A stretch of DNA of 23,439 nucleotides from Bugula neritina. Taxonomy: Eukaryota > Animalia > Bryozoa. The notes under the pieces were generated by a model, which worked only from the letters and a program-made list of their open reading frames with translations, did not search any database and was not told the origin of the DNA. Shown here piece after piece: positions 22,138 to 23,439 of this stretch (its first letter is position 1; every line of letters starts with the position of its first letter). The stretch lies in assembly GCA_964035545.1 (NCBI GenBank), contig CAXIUT010000020.1:1-23439 (forward strand), given 5' to 3'. The position numbers were made by a program, and so were the translations under genes.

Positions 22138-23212
22138 TCAATATTTTCTGATATTTTGTGATTAATAAAGATTTTTTTATTTTTTAAAGGCTGATGAAGC
22201 ATTGTTTTGGTTCATATTTTCTGATAGAAATTGATTTCCTTGATAAATATTCTGTGATGTTTGATGATATGGGTCATTATATTATCTTTTATTTTAAGGA
22301 TATTTCTCTTATTTTAATTTTTTAAATTACTACCATGAATGATATCCACTTTTTTTGAATGATTTGAAAGTTTATGCAGCCTTATTGATTTTTGTAGCCC
22401 ACAGAATAGCACACATTTTAGTTGGACAATAAAATTACCATATTTTGTATTCAGAAAAATTGATAGTTAAAGTGCTCTAATTGACATCTAATTTCTTGAT
22501 ATCAAACAAAGAGAGAAGCATTTTAGGTTAGCAAAGAGAGAAGCATTTTAGGTTTAGGTATATCTCGTTATGATTAAAAAGGCAATTTTACGGATTATGG
22601 TAACTATCTTGCATACCCAATTGAGAAGTCATTCAAAATGAGAAATCGGTCATGAGTCATTACAAATGTTTATTGGCATTTTGGAAGGATAGAGTATGTA
22701 TAGTTTTTACCATTTATAATTTGAGTAAATGGTTTTTTTCTTATATAAGATGAAATTTATGAATGTGATATTTTTTATTGATCATATCCTTTAAGTTAAA
22801 AGTTTTTTTATTTGCCTATTTTAAGGAGAGGCAGCTAAAAATAAATATTATTTGGAACTGTTAATGCAACTTTTGGCATATTCGAAAACATACCTAAAGG
22901 TTGATTCGAGTGATTCTTTAGATAAAAGTCATCTTGAACAGTAGGCATAAATTGATTAAACTGAGGTTGCCTAAAGTTATTTTGAAGTTAAATTTATCTG
23001 TTCTTGTTTTAAATTTGAATTGCCTTCAAATTATCTCTCATGTAGTATCCATGTAAGATGGATGGAGTGTGGATATCGTGGACTCTTGAACATAGTTTTT
23101 GTTTCTTGTAGCTAGTTTTGATTCGATGGCTTTGTTCGCTTGACTAGAATGAAGTTGGTTAGGATGTGAAACTTGAACTAGAGGAGTACAAGGTTGACTA
23201 TCTTGCAAACAT
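22138..23212 (-). CDS. PH-domain protein, frame broken by a 25-nt tandem duplication at 22507-22554
   Basis: MFARESTLYSSSSS...HDRFLILNDFSIGY...KPKMLLSL|FDIKKLDVNESTLTINFSEYKIWEFYCPTKMCAILWATKINKA...NIRKY*. The frame is continuous only if one duplicated copy is removed. Confidence 0.75.
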
Positions 23213-23351
23213 TAAAAATATATAATATTTTAATTTGTAGATTTATTTCTTAAGTAGTTTTATTTATTTTGATATTTATTATCAATGTATCAGACAAGAT
23301 GATTTGAAATTCTCTAAATTGTTAATCTAGTTTATCAATACAACAATCCAT

Positions 23352-23439
23352 GGGGTTGGGGTTGGGGTTGGGGTTGGGGTTGGGGTTGGGGTTGGGGTTG
23401 GGGGTTGGGGTTGGGGTTGGGGTTGGGGTTGGGGTTGGG
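23352..23439. repeat. Right telomere (TTGGGG)n
   Basis: Tandem GGGGTT to the end of the window. Confidence 0.98.

Noticed and set aside
1-23439. Standard ciliate code (UAR=Gln), a linear mobile element or virus, or RNA genes
   Set aside because: Invariant Glu positions use TAA. The genes are ordinary nuclear genes with introns, and no transposase, terminal inverted repeats, tRNA or rRNA were recognised.

Overview
This is very AT-rich eukaryotic DNA from a ciliate macronucleus. It has (CCCCAA)n on the left end, (TTGGGG)n on the right end, and a third telomeric tract inside at 8429-8530. The supplied ORF track is misleading because TAA and TAG encode Glu here (peritrich-type code, NCBI table 30), shown by invariant kinase, STIL and eIF2B residues; TGA ends the genes. 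Retranslated by hand, the window is tightly packed with about 13 genes and 20-24 nt GT-AG introns. These are a PH-domain CAMK-type kinase, an E2F/DP factor, an LRR gene built from 78-nt exon modules, a STIL-like centriole protein, an eIF2B-beta-like subunit, a Nup214-like nucleoporin with NIFD repeats, a PH-domain protein, a long coiled-coil protein and several unknowns. The most striking observation is that two genes in the left 5 kb keep one protein-like frame through many in-frame TGA codons in Trp-like contexts (20 in one 919-codon frame), while TGA still terminates neighbouring genes. That points to a possible code in which all three stop codons can be sense (UAR=Glu, UGA=Trp or stop), or to gene-specific UGA recoding. 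The internal telomere truncates a gene and is probably a chimeric junction between a complete 8.5-kb minichromosome and a second chromosome fragment. All translations and family calls were made by eye, without database searches.
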